From assembly GCF_000341395.1 (NCBI RefSeq), contig NC_020305.1, positions 1-32,000 on the forward strand: 32,000 nt of DNA, written 5' to 3'. Source of the stretch: Desulfocapsa sulfexigens DSM 10523 (GTDB taxonomy: Bacteria; Desulfobacterota; Desulfobulbia; Desulfobulbales; Desulfocapsaceae). Below the pieces are notes generated by a model. That model was not told where the DNA came from. It worked only from the letters and a program-made list of their open reading frames with translations, and made no database searches. The position numbers were made by a program, and so were the translations under genes. Below are positions 17,098-26,159 of the stretch, piece after piece. The first letter of the stretch is position 1. Each line of letters starts with the position of its first letter.

Positions 17098-17616
17098 TCA
17101 ATTAGTCCATCTCAGAACCTTCTTTCCCTGAGTAATAACATTCTCCAGCTTGAAGGAATCAGATCCAGCGCACCAGTCATGAGTTTTCTTCCCCCCGTTA
17201 TATCCATCAACAGCCAGGCCATTCTTCACCAGGATGGCCCCCAGGTCTTTCCCGTCAAATTCTACGTCGGCAATGATCCTGAAATACTTCCCCCGGCCAA
17301 CTTTGTGGAGATTGATCTGTTTTGCTGACCTAAGCAGAGAGCGAACCATTTTTTTAGCCTGTCGGGCTTTTTCCAGTTCAGCCGGACATCCTGCTTTCAT
17401 TTCTGGAGTATCGATCCCCCTGATCCGGATCATCATGTCGCTACCTATGATAGGATGAACTCCTGGAATGTTTACGGTGATAGTATCCCCATCATAGTTT
17501 TTCACATAATGTACGCCTTTAAAACTACCGTAAGTGTGATCCTTTTTTGCTCCGTTAACACTTATTGGTAGAAAAACGAGGGCTAATAGAAAACAAACAA
17601 ACTTTACTGTGCGCAT
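17098..17616 (-). CDS. Secreted thermonuclease (staphylococcal-nuclease fold)
   Basis: Signal peptide MRTVKFVCFLLALVFLPISVNG, then the SNase motifs YDGDTITV and IRIRGIDTPE. Confidence 0.8.
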   Translation of the reverse strand: MRTVKFVCFLLALVFLPISVNGAKKDHTYGSFKGVHYVKNYDGDTITVNIPGVHPIIGSDMMIRIRGIDTPEMKAGCPAELEKARQAKKMVRSLLRSAKQINLHKVGRGKYFRIIADVEFDGKDLGAILVKNGLAVDGYNGGKKTHDWCAGSDSFKLENVITQGKKVLRWTN

Positions 17617-17673
17617 ATATTATGTTACCATTTTAGTATAGATGTTTTAAAAAACCATCAAGAAGGGGCTCAA

Positions 17674-18111
17674 ATGAGACATTACAGCACGATTCTAAGG
17701 GAAGAAAGGGAAAAAGCCGATTTGTCACGAAGGGCTGTAGCGAAGGTTGCAGGTATCTCCGAGGGGCACTTGCGTTTTCTGGAAAGAGGGGATCGGGATA
17801 CAAAACCGGCAACTCTTCGTAAGTTGGCCCTGGCTATCGGCATAGATGAGCGGGAGTTGATGGAGTCCTGGTTAAAGGAAAATATGCCGGCAATGGATTA
17901 TTCCGATCTGGCTGCACGTCTTCCAAAAGGAATTGATGTGGCCCAGCTCGAAGAAATGTATCAGATTCCGGAGGCAAAACAGATTCTTCAGGAAGCGGAG
18001 CTGATCACGGCGAGTCAATTCAAGAATATCAGTGCCTCTGAGTTGTTCAGGATCCGAGGGGCTCTCCGCAACTGCCTTGGTTTTATCCGTGAACTTGAGA
18101 ACAACACGTAA
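17674..18111 (+). CDS. XRE-family helix-turn-helix regulator
   Basis: LSRRAVAKVAGISEGHLRFLERGDRDTKPATLRKLALAIGID is an HTH_XRE motif. The gene is divergent from the nuclease gene. Confidence 0.75.
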   Translation: MRHYSTILREEREKADLSRRAVAKVAGISEGHLRFLERGDRDTKPATLRKLALAIGIDERELMESWLKENMPAMDYSDLAARLPKGIDVAQLEEMYQIPEAKQILQEAELITASQFKNISASELFRIRGALRNCLGFIRELENNT

Positions 18112-18225
18112 TAATTGATATTATTCTTGTTTGAAATGTATCATTATGTTAGGAAAAAGTTTGAATAAAGTGGCGTCCACATATAAGATATTGGAAGTCA
18201 TTTTCATTGAAATGGAGAATTTTGA

Positions 18226-18486
18226 ATGAGTCAGGCATCGTCCCAGACAAATTTTTGGGAACTTTTTATACGGCTGGAATTTAATGAAAGCGAAAGGCCC
18301 AAAGAAGGGTGGAAGGTTTTGGAGAGGACCCCTCAGGGCTTGAAGGAAATAACAACCCGTCGCAACAAGGCCGTTAAGTTTAAACAGATAAAGGATCTAT
18401 TCGCCTGGATCAAGGAAAACAGAACAGGGTATGCGGTCAATGTTAATTGCTTCGATTACGGAGGGCGGTTAACCCTTCGGCAATAA
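18226..18486 (+). CDS. Hypothetical protein, 86 aa
   Basis: ORF with GGAGA upstream. It lies between the XRE and primase genes on the same strand. Confidence 0.45.
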   Translation: MSQASSQTNFWELFIRLEFNESERPKEGWKVLERTPQGLKEITTRRNKAVKFKQIKDLFAWIKENRTGYAVNVNCFDYGGRLTLRQ

Positions 18487-18488
18487 AG

Positions 18489-18520
18489 AGAGGGGTGGTT
18501 GCTGGAACAACCACCCCTCT
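18489..18520 (+). other. GC-rich 13-bp hairpin between the 86-aa ORF and the primase gene (possible attenuator or terminator)
   Basis: AGAGGGGTGGTTG (18489-18501), loop CTGGAA, then CAACCACCCCTCT (18508-18520). Only a weak T-rich tail (GAGGTTGTT) follows. Confidence 0.4.
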
Positions 18521-18532
18521 GAGGTTGTTCGA

Positions 18533-21511
18533 ATGAATGATTTTGAAGAGATCAAGCGGGCTGCTGATCTAAAAGCAATCATTTTATCCGAAACGGGTCT
18601 CCAGATGGGAAAAAACCATCTGGAGTCATGTCCGTTTTGTGACGGCCATGATTGCTTCAGTATAAACACGAAGAAGGAGCAGTACAAGTGTTTTCAGTGT
18701 GACACTGGCGGAGACATCTTTGATTTTATAGCAAAATATCATGGTGTTACTGAGCGTGAAGCCCTTCTCAAAGCTGCGGATCTGGTCGGCCACACCCTCT
18801 CTCAACACAAAAAGTCCGCAAGACTGAGCAAAAACGATAAACTTTTGCTCTCGGCTGCAGAATATTATCATCACCACATGCTGACCAACGGTGCCAAAAA
18901 GTACCTGATGGATCAGCGCGGCCATTCCATGGAAACCCTGGAACGTATGAAGGTGGGGTGGACTGATGGTAAGTTGCTTTTCAACCTGCAGGAACAGGGA
19001 TTCACAATCGATGAAATCCTGGAATCAGGGCTGGCCCGGGCTGATAAAAAGAACCCCGGTCGCCACTATGATTTTTTCGGAAAAGGGCTGGCAATCTTCC
19101 CTCACTTCGAGAATGGCCGAGCCCTTCACTTCACCATTAAAGATCCCGAGAAAAAGCGGCCTTCCTACCAGCTCCCCGCAACACAGCGTCACAAGAAGTG
19201 GCGATTCTACAACCAGGATGCCCTTTTCAGATATGATGAATTGATTCTGGTTGAAGGGGAAAACGACACCCTTTCTGTCCTCGATTCAGGTGTCCGCCAG
19301 GTCATAGGGATGACTGGCCAGATATCGGAAGAGCAGATAAAGAGCCTGGCTGCACACTGCAAGAGCAAAAAACATCTCTACCTCTGGATGGACAACGACT
19401 TTGACCACTCAAAGCCGTATACAAAAGGGTATGGCTATATTCGCAAAATCTCCGAAAGCCTGCCGGGGGTTAATATCCGTATCTTTGTTTATCCTGGAAA
19501 TTTCAATGATCCGGACGAATACCTGCAGCACCTCGCAAGAGACAAGCGCCGCAATGCAATCTGCCAGCTCCGCATAGAATCGGTTGATTATATCACCTGG
19601 GAAATTCTCCAGGCCGAAGCCAAAGCAACATTGGAAGATAAGGTTGAACACCTCAATCAGTTCAACCTCTTTCAGCAGATCAGCCAGCGCTCCCACATCG
19701 AGCAACAGGTTTATATCGAGAAACTTGAGGAGTTGGGCCTCAACCTGAAATCAATCCATCAGGAACTGGAAACCGGTGGCGGTCTTCGCCAGCGGATCAC
19801 AGAATATCTGGAAAACCTCAATAGCAAACGGGATGCAAATCCAAACAGTATTGCCGATCTGATCCACGATCATTTCAGCGATGGTGGTCGTTTTTTCAGG
19901 GATGATGACGACAAGGTTTATCTGATGTGGCATCACAATATCTATGAAGTGTCCACCAATCGTCCCTTCAATGCCCTTATCAAAAGAGAAACAGGGTTAT
20001 TACCCACGGAGCAGCCGGGCCGCTCTGTCTGGGAGTCCCTTGCTTCAGAAGGGTATAATTCGGGACGGAAAATTGATCTCGGTGGGTGGTTGCACACGGA
20101 TCGCGGTGCCGATACGGTTTATATCAACCTCAACAGCTCCAATAATATCATCATAAAGATCACGCCGACGGCTATCGAAGAGATCCAGAATGGATTGAAC
20201 CAGGATCATATTCTTTTGCAGAGTTCCAGCAAAATAAAACCATTCAACTACCTGCCGGAAACAACTATTGAGGAGGCTGTCTCCGAATTGCGGAAGCTGC
20301 TTTTCGATAATCTCTCCTGCGAAACTACCCAAAAGTATCTCCTGCTCTGCTGGTTTATTTCAACTTTTGTTTCTGATTTCAGTCCCCATGTGGCCCCATT
20401 GCTGAAAGCTGCAGGGGAAACCGCCTCCGGCAAGACCACCGCTGCCAGGCTTCTCGAGTATCTTCTCTATGGTGATGAGCACCTGGGTGAAATATCCGTT
20501 GCTGGTGCCTATGCGGACGCCAGCCAGAACCCCATGCTGGTGATTGATAACCTTGAAAATCAGGACATCAAACAGGAAATGCTCAAATTTCTACTTCTGG
20601 TGGCGACCAGGGGGAGCAAGGTCAAGAGGAAGGGCGGTACAGAATCTGGAGTTACCGAAGAGAGTCCGAAAGCCCTGGTCATGGTGACGGCCATCGAACC
20701 CTTTGTTAAATCCGAGCTCATAAACCGGACATTTGAAATCAGCTTTGCCAAACAATATCACAATGAAGGGTTTATTGATGATGAAGTGACCCGGCAGATC
20801 CTCAAAAAACGAGACATCATTCTTTCCGGTCTGCTCAAGCTCATTCAAAAAGAAATCCTGCCCAACCTGAAAAAGAGAACTGCCTATATTACAGCCCTGA
20901 ATGTCGATCATAAAGGCCACAGCAAGGATAGAATGAACGCTTATCTGGCCTTGATGATGCTTATTTTAGATAGAACCCTGAATTATTGGGATGTGGGGCT
21001 CCACTTAAAGGCACCTGATATCTGGCACAACTGGATAACCACCCAGGACCAGTTGGCCCGGGAACATGAAGTCAGCTCAAACGATATTCTAAAGCTGCTT
21101 GACGGCCTGATCCGGGAGTACCGGCTCCGGATGAACGAACAGGAACTCCGGCCCCAATGTGTTTACGGGTATGAGGAAGAAGTTTATCAGTATACCCACC
21201 CGGAATACGGCATATCAATCACCAGGACACTCCCTAAATTTATCGATGATAACAGGGAACACACAGAGGCCTTTATTGAGTTTGAGGCCACCAGCAAAGA
21301 TTTGACCTATGCCTTTACCCGTTTTTGCAAGAATAACGGATTGGCCAACCCCTATTCCTCAGCTGCTATTTTCGGTTCACGACTCAAGAATGACCGGAAA
21401 TTATTAGTCAAGGGAGGCTGGGAGCTGGTTACAAAGGAGGACAATGGAACCTATTTCAAGGTTGTCAGAGGTCAAAGATATCTCAGATTTCGGCATCGTC
21501 TTATCAGATAA
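18533..21511 (+). CDS. Replicative primase (CHC2 zinc finger plus Toprim) fused to a C-terminal P-loop (helicase-like) domain
   Basis: The zinc finger is CPFCDGHDCFSINTKKEQYKCFQCDTGGDIFDF. Toprim motifs are LILVEGENDTLSV and YLWMDNDFD. The C-terminal Walker A is GETASGKTT and Walker B is MLVIDNLEN. Confidence 0.8.
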   Translation: MNDFEEIKRAADLKAIILSETGLQMGKNHLESCPFCDGHDCFSINTKKEQYKCFQCDTGGDIFDFIAKYHGVTEREALLKAADLVGHTLSQHKKSARLSKNDKLLLSAAEYYHHHMLTNGAKKYLMDQRGHSMETLERMKVGWTDGKLLFNLQEQGFTIDEILESGLARADKKNPGRHYDFFGKGLAIFPHFENGRALHFTIKDPEKKRPSYQLPATQRHKKWRFYNQDALFRYDELILVEGENDTLSVLDSGVRQVIGMTGQISEEQIKSLAAHCKSKKHLYLWMDNDFDHSKPYTKGYGYIRKISESLPGVNIRIFVYPGNFNDPDEYLQHLARDKRRNAICQLRIESVDYITWEILQAEAKATLEDKVEHLNQFNLFQQISQRSHIEQQVYIEKLEELGLNLKSIHQELETGGGLRQRITEYLENLNSKRDANPNSIADLIHDHFSDGGRFFRDDDDKVYLMWHHNIYEVSTNRPFNALIKRETGLLPTEQPGRSVWESLASEGYNSGRKIDLGGWLHTDRGADTVYINLNSSNNIIIKITPTAIEEIQNGLNQDHILLQSSSKIKPFNYLPETTIEEAVSELRKLLFDNLSCETTQKYLLLCWFISTFVSDFSPHVAPLLKAAGETASGKTTAARLLEYLLYGDEHLGEISVAGAYADASQNPMLVIDNLENQDIKQEMLKFLLLVATRGSKVKRKGGTESGVTEESPKALVMVTAIEPFVKSELINRTFEISFAKQYHNEGFIDDEVTRQILKKRDIILSGLLKLIQKEILPNLKKRTAYITALNVDHKGHSKDRMNAYLALMMLILDRTLNYWDVGLHLKAPDIWHNWITTQDQLAREHEVSSNDILKLLDGLIREYRLRMNEQELRPQCVYGYEEEVYQYTHPEYGISITRTLPKFIDDNREHTEAFIEFEATSKDLTYAFTRFCKNNGLANPYSSAAIFGSRLKNDRKLLVKGGWELVTKEDNGTYFKVVRGQRYLRFRHRLIR

Positions 21512-21612
21512 CAGGAAGGAGTGGTGGTTTGTGTTGCAGGGTCTTTTATTTTATTATGCAATGTCGCATAATGTTTGAAAGGGGTTGTGATAAGCCACTA
21601 AAAGGTGAGTGT

Positions 21613-21923
21613 GGTGCAGGTGAGGGGTGCAAGTCTAGGGCAGGTGCAAGATCAAAAAACAAAATCCGGCATTGATCATGGTCGTATTTACCACCATTAA
21701 GCAAGAGGGAAAATTTATGGAGCATTTTCTCAGTACCTATGACCCTTGCACCACTTTCTTTATAAATATTTTTTATTTTAAAGGGTTAATGATGGTGCAG
21801 CCGGGGTGCAGGTTCGGGTGCATCGATGGTGCAGCAGTGGTGCAAGCTCCTTGGGGTGGTTTCAGTTGCACCACGATAAAACAACACTGTTTCAGTTAGA
21901 TAGTAACAGGGTGCAAGGGTGCA
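21613..21923. repeat. Cluster of GGTGCA(A/G) hexamers (10 direct, 2 inverted) around an AT-rich core; candidate second origin or recombinase arm sites
   Basis: Direct copies start at 21613, 21626, 21643, 21794, 21805, 21817, 21828, 21839, 21910 and 21918. Inverted TGCACC lies at 21747 and 21867. The AT-rich run is 21755-21790. Confidence 0.7.
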
Positions 21924-22083
21924 GGTAAAGAAGATGCTTTCACAAATTCCATTTTAAAGGGGTATTTGCATGATTATTATCATTTATAAGCTAAGAATGA
22001 TTTAGATGATTCAAATCATTTTTATGAAAAGAATCTTCAGAAAAAAAATTTTTCTCTATAAATAGGGTGTCTGGAGGCGCAAA

Positions 22084-23115
22084 ATGAAGGGTTTTAGAAA
22101 AATCACCAAACGGCTATTTGGTAGAAAAAGTGCCAATCAGGCTGATTTTGGCATCATCGACGGAGAGGTGACGGATAATTGCGGTTCTATAGGGGAAGCC
22201 GTTGCTTTTGAAACGGAATTGGCGGAGTTTGAAGGTAAAACTATTGGGAATCATAGCAATAGTTTTGGAAGAGAAGCGGAGTTCATTGAACCGGATCCAC
22301 CAGCCGACGAGTTTAGGGAGCCGGTTCCGCCTGCGGAGCAAATTAATCCCGATGAATGGGAGATACCGGAACCGTATCTTATCTATTTATCGGCCACCGG
22401 AAAGGCGAAAAGAACCATCCAGGAGTATCGCTGGGAATTGCTCTGGTGGAACAGGCAGACCGCTCTTGCAAGGCTCACCCTCCAGGACATGGAAGGGATC
22501 ATTCACAAGGTGCATCCTTCCACGGCCCGGCGAAAGGTTGCGGCAATCCGCTCTTTTGCGAAATGGCAGCTCCGGGAAGGTTCCGGACGGCTGCATGGTG
22601 AGGTAAGCCAGGTCATACTGCCAAAGACACCTTCCAGGATACCCAAGGACAGAGGAACGGATGAATTTATGGATTTGTCCAGGTGTGCCGTGGATCTGGT
22701 ACGGGCCGGAGACAGAAGAGGGGTGTGGATTGGGCTTATGGGCTGCTGCGGCCTGCGGATCTCCGAGATACAGACCGCGGAACCGGCACCGGGTAAAACG
22801 ATAAAGGTCATCGGGAAGGGAGACAAGGAAAGACAGATCCCTGCTCCGGCCTGGTTAATTGAAGCCCTGGGCTGTGACACATATAAGAGATGTTGGAAGA
22901 AGGGACGGCATCTGATCTGGTCTGAACTCAAAAAAATGGGGATCAGGAAACCCCACAGCCTGAGACACACCTTTGCCAGCGAATTACGAAGAAAGGGTTA
23001 TCCATTGGAAGAAATCAAAGTGTTGCTCGGACATAGCAAACTGGACACCACTATGATCTATGCCAACGTAGCCCTGCCAAACGATATCACATCGAGGTTG
23101 GGGGTGGAGCATTGA
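22084..23115 (+). CDS. Tyrosine recombinase (XerC/D / phage-integrase family) with an acidic N-terminal extension of about 100 aa
   Basis: Catalytic signature GLRISEI (Arg), HSLRHTFAS (His-x-x-Arg) and LGHSKLDTTMIYANV (His, Tyr). GGAGG lies 7 nt before the ATG. Confidence 0.85.
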   Translation: MKGFRKITKRLFGRKSANQADFGIIDGEVTDNCGSIGEAVAFETELAEFEGKTIGNHSNSFGREAEFIEPDPPADEFREPVPPAEQINPDEWEIPEPYLIYLSATGKAKRTIQEYRWELLWWNRQTALARLTLQDMEGIIHKVHPSTARRKVAAIRSFAKWQLREGSGRLHGEVSQVILPKTPSRIPKDRGTDEFMDLSRCAVDLVRAGDRRGVWIGLMGCCGLRISEIQTAEPAPGKTIKVIGKGDKERQIPAPAWLIEALGCDTYKRCWKKGRHLIWSELKKMGIRKPHSLRHTFASELRRKGYPLEEIKVLLGHSKLDTTMIYANVALPNDITSRLGVEH

Positions 23116-23681
23116 GAAAAACACTCGTATGTTTTTTGATCGTCTTCCACGGTTCGGTGCTGGCTGCAGAGCCTGAAAATCCGGCAATCCCTGAATGGCA
23201 TCTGGCAAAATCGACCATGAAAGAATGTTATGACGGCTGGGATGTGGAGGTGACGGTTTCCGGAGGATATGAAACCCGGTATTACGAGAATGGCCCGGTG
23301 GATGGGCCTTTCGGTAACGCCGTTTTAACGGTACCGCTCTATTCCAGAAAAGAACGGCTCTCCCGGCAGCAATCGATAAACAAGGAGATCGAGCATGTTG
23401 CAGAGCTGTATGCTGATTTTGAAGAACAGAGCGCTTCCTATATGGCGCTTTCAGAAGAGAAGGGCTTGCTCAAAAAAGTGATGATAGACACTGGAGCACA
23501 GGGGATCACGGCCTATTACGATCTGATGAAGGAAATCGAGAAGGCCCGGGCAAAGCGGAACAGCGCGGCACGAAAGATTATGATGATTCTGGAGAACTGT
23601 GGATATGTGGAAGCAGATAAAGTTGCTGGGCCGGGATCGGCTCTTGGCGGAAGAGATCAGACCACGCCTCAAGGAGGGTAG
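23112..23681 (+). CDS. Exported hypothetical protein, 189 aa
   Basis: The TTG start overlaps the integrase stop (TTGA at 23112-23115). The signal-like N-terminus is MRKTLVCFLIVFHGSVLAAEP. The C-terminal half is helical. Confidence 0.5.
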   Translation: MRKTLVCFLIVFHGSVLAAEPENPAIPEWHLAKSTMKECYDGWDVEVTVSGGYETRYYENGPVDGPFGNAVLTVPLYSRKERLSRQQSINKEIEHVAELYADFEEQSASYMALSEEKGLLKKVMIDTGAQGITAYYDLMKEIEKARAKRNSAARKIMMILENCGYVEADKVAGPGSALGGRDQTTPQGG

Positions 23682-24420
23682 GGGCTTTGTCCTTACCGGC
23701 ACCCATGGTGCAGGAAAAACCGCTATTCTGGAATGGATCAGCGTATTTCTGAAAAAAGATGTAACAACCATCAGTGCAGAGTGGACCGTCAAGGAAATGC
23801 TGGTCCAGATGTGCCTGGATTGGGCGGTGGAGGTCAGGGACGATGAAGGGGCAACCAGAGGCAAGACAAAATGGCAAGTGGCATGGATGGAACGGGCACT
23901 CCTGAAGGAGACCGATAAATGGTTAATCGTGGACGATATCCAGAAAGTGACCCCCACCAAACTCCGAAGATTAAAACTGTTCCGGGATCGTGTGCGGATA
24001 ATAGCCGCCGGAGTCCCGCCATTCCGACAGGAAGAACTGAAACGGCTCCTGTGGGGACTGCCGGCAATCCAGGTAAAACCCTTACCCACAGATGTCATGA
24101 ACAGGATTGCCATAGCTGCAGCTCCTGTTCTGGAGTCACGAACACCAATAGGTGAGGCTGTCCATGCTTCCAGAGGGATACCTGGTCAATTGATTCATGC
24201 CCTGAGGGGTGAGGTTACCCCGGAGGCAAGAAAGGTGAGTGGGGAGGAGATAGACCTCTCCCCACTGATCCTGATCGGCCTGGCCGGAGTGATGATAACC
24301 CGATATGTTGCCATCGGCCTTGAATCCACTTCTTTGTATATGCTTGGTGGTTTGGGTATGGGAATAGGTCTGATAGTGAGATTTTATCTATTCCGGGGGA
24401 TGGAGGCACAGCGAAGATGA
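23599..24420 (+). CDS. P-loop ATPase (AAA_22/ExeA/TniB-like) with two C-terminal transmembrane helices
   Basis: Walker A LTGTHGAGKT and Walker B WLIVDDIQ. The C-terminal LSPLILIGLAGVMITRYVAIGL...LGGLGMGIGLIVRFYLF is hydrophobic. The start is GTG at 23599 or ATG at 23605. Either overlaps the previous ORF by about 80 nt. Confidence 0.6.
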   Translation: MDMWKQIKLLGRDRLLAEEIRPRLKEGRGFVLTGTHGAGKTAILEWISVFLKKDVTTISAEWTVKEMLVQMCLDWAVEVRDDEGATRGKTKWQVAWMERALLKETDKWLIVDDIQKVTPTKLRRLKLFRDRVRIIAAGVPPFRQEELKRLLWGLPAIQVKPLPTDVMNRIAIAAAPVLESRTPIGEAVHASRGIPGQLIHALRGEVTPEARKVSGEEIDLSPLILIGLAGVMITRYVAIGLESTSLYMLGGLGMGIGLIVRFYLFRGMEAQRR

Positions 24421-25280
24421 CCGGGCCAACACATATTGCCATAGCCCTTTCAATAGGCATGGTTGCCGGGGCCTCAAAAGTGCATCTGGGTCTGATCGCT
24501 GCAGGGGCGATACTTCCGGATCTGGATCACCCGCAGTCTTTTATCGGGCGTGTTTTCTTTCCGATTTCGATACCACTGAACCAATGGCTGGGACATCGAG
24601 GGGCCTTTCATTCCTTTTGGCTCTGGCTCCTGGTGTGTCTGGGTGGGTACTTCTGGACACCGGCATTTTTTCTTGGAGCAGGGGCGATTCTCCATATCTT
24701 GGCAGACTGCGGGACCGTTTCCGGAGTCCGGGCTCTGTCGCCCTGGTCGCAAAAGCTCTTTGTGGTCTTTCGCAGGTCCTGGAGAATCAAAAGCGGATCA
24801 CCGCATGAAATACTGGTGCTCATATGTTTCGGGATGATCGCCTGGGGAGGCGGGTATATGGGAGCCGTGGGCGGTATCCGGGCCATGATCGGCCACGTCA
24901 CCGGCGCACCCAAGATTATGATGGAGGAGTTTATCTCCAAGGGGCTGACGAAATGCAAGGTAAAAGGAAAATTCCGCTGGAACACCGGAGAGATTGAGGA
25001 AGGAGAATGGCTGATTATCGGCACAGAAGGGCAGACCGGCCTGGCAATGCGGGGCAAAGACAAGCTTATCCATATACCCAAGGACGGGAAGTTTCTAAAG
25101 GCAAGGTTGAAACCGTGTCCCAACAAATCAACCTGGGAACTGGTCCAGCTCAAGGGGTGGGCTGAGACTGAAAAAGATGTTTATTTCATGGATGGAAAAA
25201 AATGGCATATAGCACAAGAGGGAGAAGTGGTCTGGGGCCAGATTTTGGGCGACAAGATCGAACTGGAGAGTCTTTTGTAA
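24417..25280 (+). CDS. DUF457 / YdjM-like membrane-bound metal-dependent hydrolase with a soluble C-terminal extension of about 120 aa
   Basis: MTGPTHIAIAL...LPDLDHPQS...HRGAFHS...HILADC is the YdjM-family His/Asp pattern within 4-5 hydrophobic segments. The start overlaps the upstream stop (ATGA at 24417-24420). Confidence 0.6.
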   Translation: MTGPTHIAIALSIGMVAGASKVHLGLIAAGAILPDLDHPQSFIGRVFFPISIPLNQWLGHRGAFHSFWLWLLVCLGGYFWTPAFFLGAGAILHILADCGTVSGVRALSPWSQKLFVVFRRSWRIKSGSPHEILVLICFGMIAWGGGYMGAVGGIRAMIGHVTGAPKIMMEEFISKGLTKCKVKGKFRWNTGEIEEGEWLIIGTEGQTGLAMRGKDKLIHIPKDGKFLKARLKPCPNKSTWELVQLKGWAETEKDVYFMDGKKWHIAQEGEVVWGQILGDKIELESLL

Positions 25281-25405
25281 TCTTCGCCCCCTTGGGAGAA
25301 AGGGTTATTGAAATGATCTTTTTTCAGGGAGAAAAGGGCGAAGCTGTTAAGAGGGCCAGGGTGTATGCTCCGGCTGGTAATTTTAAGATAGTGGAGAGAT
25401 GAGGT

Positions 25406-25678
25406 ATGACAAAGAAGGAACTTGTTGAAGAAGTGGCAAAAGATGCGAAAATCAGCCAGGCGGCAGCATTGCTGGCGGTTGATTCCATGACCAGGAATAT
25501 AATGAAGGGATTGAAAAAGGGAGATCATGTTTCCTTGGTTGGTTTTGGCCGGTTTTCGGTGAAAGAGCGAGCGGCCAGGAAGGGGAGGAATCCGCAGACT
25601 GGTAAAGAAATCCAGATCCAAGCCCGAAAGGTTGTTAGGTTTACACCTGGTCAGCCATTGAAAGATGCCGTTAATTAA
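25406..25678 (+). CDS. hup: HU/IHF-family DNA-binding protein (HU-like)
   Basis: MTKKELVEEVAK...LVGFGRFSVKERAARKGRNPQTGKEIQIQARKVVRFTPG is a canonical HU sequence, 90 aa. Confidence 0.9.
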   Translation: MTKKELVEEVAKDAKISQAAALLAVDSMTRNIMKGLKKGDHVSLVGFGRFSVKERAARKGRNPQTGKEIQIQARKVVRFTPGQPLKDAVN

Positions 25679-25692
25679 AAGAGGCTAAGGCT

Positions 25693-25980
25693 ATGTGTAG
25701 AGGAGATGTTGAGATATCATGTAATGACTATGACGAGTTGTTGAAGTGGGCAACGAAGTGGAATAAAGACCTTGCACAGAGCATTGAGCAAATCAGAATT
25801 GTAAAAAATAATAAAGAGGGGCACAAAACTGTTTTTCTTAGAAAAGAGGACATTACCAAGGAAGAAGCTGAAGCGTTTCTTGAATCACTGATGGAATCAG
25901 AGATATACGCCTATGATGAGAAAAGCTTAAAATACTTTTCTCATCTTGTTGAGGCATGGCGGCCTCTCGCTGAAGAATAA
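25693..25980 (+). CDS. Acidic hypothetical protein, 95 aa
   Basis: ORF 14 nt after the HU stop. It is Glu/Asp-rich and I recognise no family. Confidence 0.4.
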   Translation: MCRGDVEISCNDYDELLKWATKWNKDLAQSIEQIRIVKNNKEGHKTVFLRKEDITKEEAEAFLESLMESEIYAYDEKSLKYFSHLVEAWRPLAEE

Positions 25981-26072
25981 TTGGTGTGGATACGCTAGAT
26001 TCCCTTTGAACCGCTGCTGATGGATACAAACTTCCAGCTTCGACCATGTGCCCAGAAACGACATCTAGCCCA

Positions 26073-26128
26073 GATTCAGGTTAAAACTGTCACGGCTTTT
26101 ACCACTTCCCGCTTTAGTTAGATAGAGT
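26073..26128 (+). repeat. 56-nt fragment homologous to 28927-28982, which lies inside GC-rich element copy 2
   Basis: GATTCAGGTTAAAACTGTCACGGCTTTTACCACTTCCCGCTTTAGTTAGATAGAGT aligns with GATTCCGGTTAAAACTGTCACGGCTTTTGCATCTTCCCGCTTCAATTAAATGGAGT at 48/56 identical positions by hand. A weaker match lies upstream: TTCCAGCTTCG at 26032-26042 matches 28606-28616. Confidence 0.75.
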
Positions 26129-26159
26129 ATCCGGGCAACAAACAAATATCAGTCTTGGT

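Noticed and set aside
22503-25153. Long antisense ORFs (155, 220 and 181 aa at 22503..22970, 23451..24113 and 24608..25153)
   Set aside because: Each lies opposite a gene with clear catalytic or structural motifs (recombinase, P-loop ATPase, DUF457). They are typical shadow ORFs in mid/high-GC coding DNA.
25202-25402. 66-aa ORF between the DUF457 gene and the HU gene
   Set aside because: It overlaps the 3' end of the DUF457 gene in another frame, has no RBS, and covers the RBS region of the HU gene.
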